IMG/VR virus record: IMGVR_UViG_3300038312_000302
Location: 1-46,223 of that record
Length of the DNA stretch: 46,223 bases
DNA from: a virus
Taxonomy: Duplodnaviria; Caudoviricetes
Direction: 5' to 3' (one strand)
Shown here: positions 45,368 to 46,223 of the stretch, one piece after another
Position numbering within the stretch: position 1 is the first letter of the stretch
Layout: the number at the start of each line of letters is the position of its first letter
Position numbers and translations under genes: made by a program
Notes under the pieces: generated by a model
What the model was told of the DNA's origin: nothing
Databases searched by the model: none
What the model saw: the letters and a program-made list of their open reading frames with translations, nothing else

Positions 45368-45399
45368 TAATTCGGAATAAATTCTCAGAATATTTTACT

Positions 45400-45840
45400 A
45401 TGGACTATAATACTCTATTATCCAAGCGTTTAAAAATTATTCTTAATGAACAATTTGGAGGAAATTATTCTGCTATGAGCAGATTAATGGGAGTTACAGA
45501 TGGCGCGTTAGGTAGCTATATAAGAGGAAAGAAGCAAAAAGATGGTAGTATTAGAATATCAACACCTTCGGCAGAAGTTATTGCAAATATTATCAATAAT
45601 CTGGGAATAAATTCCGAATGGCTATTGTTTGGGACGGGTGATATGAAGGTTAAACAAACTACAAATGTGGTAAGCGAGCCTGAACAGGAATATATTTTAT
45701 CTGAAAATAGATTGCTTGCGATAATAGAATCACAACAGAGAGTTATTGAATCGCAAAGTAAAAGTATAGAGAATTTGTCGGATGGGGGCAACGGTACTGC
45801 GGAAGGTGCAAACACTGCGCGTGTAAGAAAGGGAAGTTGA
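45400..45840 (+). CDS. CI-like HTH repressor lacking an S24 peptidase domain
   Basis: YSAMSRLMGVTDGALGSYIRG HTH, INSEWLLFGTGDM, C-terminal coiled coil. Confidence 0.8.
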   Translation: MDYNTLLSKRLKIILNEQFGGNYSAMSRLMGVTDGALGSYIRGKKQKDGSIRISTPSAEVIANIINNLGINSEWLLFGTGDMKVKQTTNVVSEPEQEYILSENRLLAIIESQQRVIESQSKSIENLSDGGNGTAEGANTARVRKGS

Positions 45841-46038
45841 TACCACTAACACCCAATTTATCAGAGGGTTGTTAGTGTTTTTTTTAGGCGTTCACCGGGA
45901 CGGCCCCCGGGACAAACTTCGTTAATTTAGAAAATAAAGTATTTCGGGCAGTGTGATAATTGTGTTTGCAAAATTAATAATGTGATATGATTAATTCCTG
46001 TGAAAGAGTGATATATCTTATTTTTATTGCCGATATGC

Positions 46039-46057
46039 CGGCACAGTATCGGCACAG
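46039..46057 (+). promoter_or_regulatory. Putative integrase arm-type sites (right)
   Basis: CGGCACAG at 46039-46046 and 46050-46057. Confidence 0.75.
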
Positions 46058-46138
46058 AACAGGTGATATTTCGAAGATTTTGATTTTTTAATGTATTGAT
46101 AATAAGTAGTGTAGTAAAATAAAAGGGGAGGGAGATAG

Positions 46139-46153
46139 TCCCTCTCTCTCCGC
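46139..46153 (+). repeat. attR core
   Basis: TCCCTCTCTCTCCGC, duplicate of the tRNA 3' end. Confidence 0.92.
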
Positions 46154-46223
46154 GAAAAATGTTTTGAAGTGCTCTGTGAAGAGCAAAAAAAGAAACAATA
46201 GCGAATAGATAAGTGTCGTAATT

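Overview
The window is one apparently complete ~46.1-kb temperate, probably siphovirus-type, prophage. It is integrated at the 3' end of a tRNA-Ser(TGA) gene, with a 15-bp att core TCCCTCTCTCTCCGC at 62-76 and 46139-46153. A Bacteroidetes host is inferred from repeated TTTG-N19-21-TAnnTTTG promoters. Modules from left to right: integrase; antirepressor operon; HIRAN moron; tail gene and tape measure; a complete diversity-generating retroelement (RT, TR, Avd, C-type-lectin-like target; all 15 TR/VR mismatches are at TR adenines); tail-tip genes; lysis genes (u-spanin, amidase, holin); neck and portal; an accessory island between portal and terminase (lipoprotein, SymE-like gene, helicase-IbrA-IbrB-HTH operon); terminase; PLD-family protein; capsid and protease; iteron-like origin; primase-helicase; cro/cI switch. 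The most unusual signal is absent from the ORF track. Two copies of a structured non-coding element (2748-2821 and 23839-23911, minus strand) share a core with compensatory stem changes. Each has its own 'guide' arm, complementary both to its transcript's 5' end and to the translation-start region of the next gene. Each lies upstream of one of two paralogous unannotated ~45-aa peptides (15/36 identical, ungapped), and one also heads the antirepressor operon. This looks like a P1 C4 / P4 CI-style antisense switch, or an RNA-antitoxin module, in Bacteroidetes. A GTCC-N27-TTTG motif with invariant spacing in front of four late operons was also found. All protein calls are by-eye motif recognition; no database search was run.
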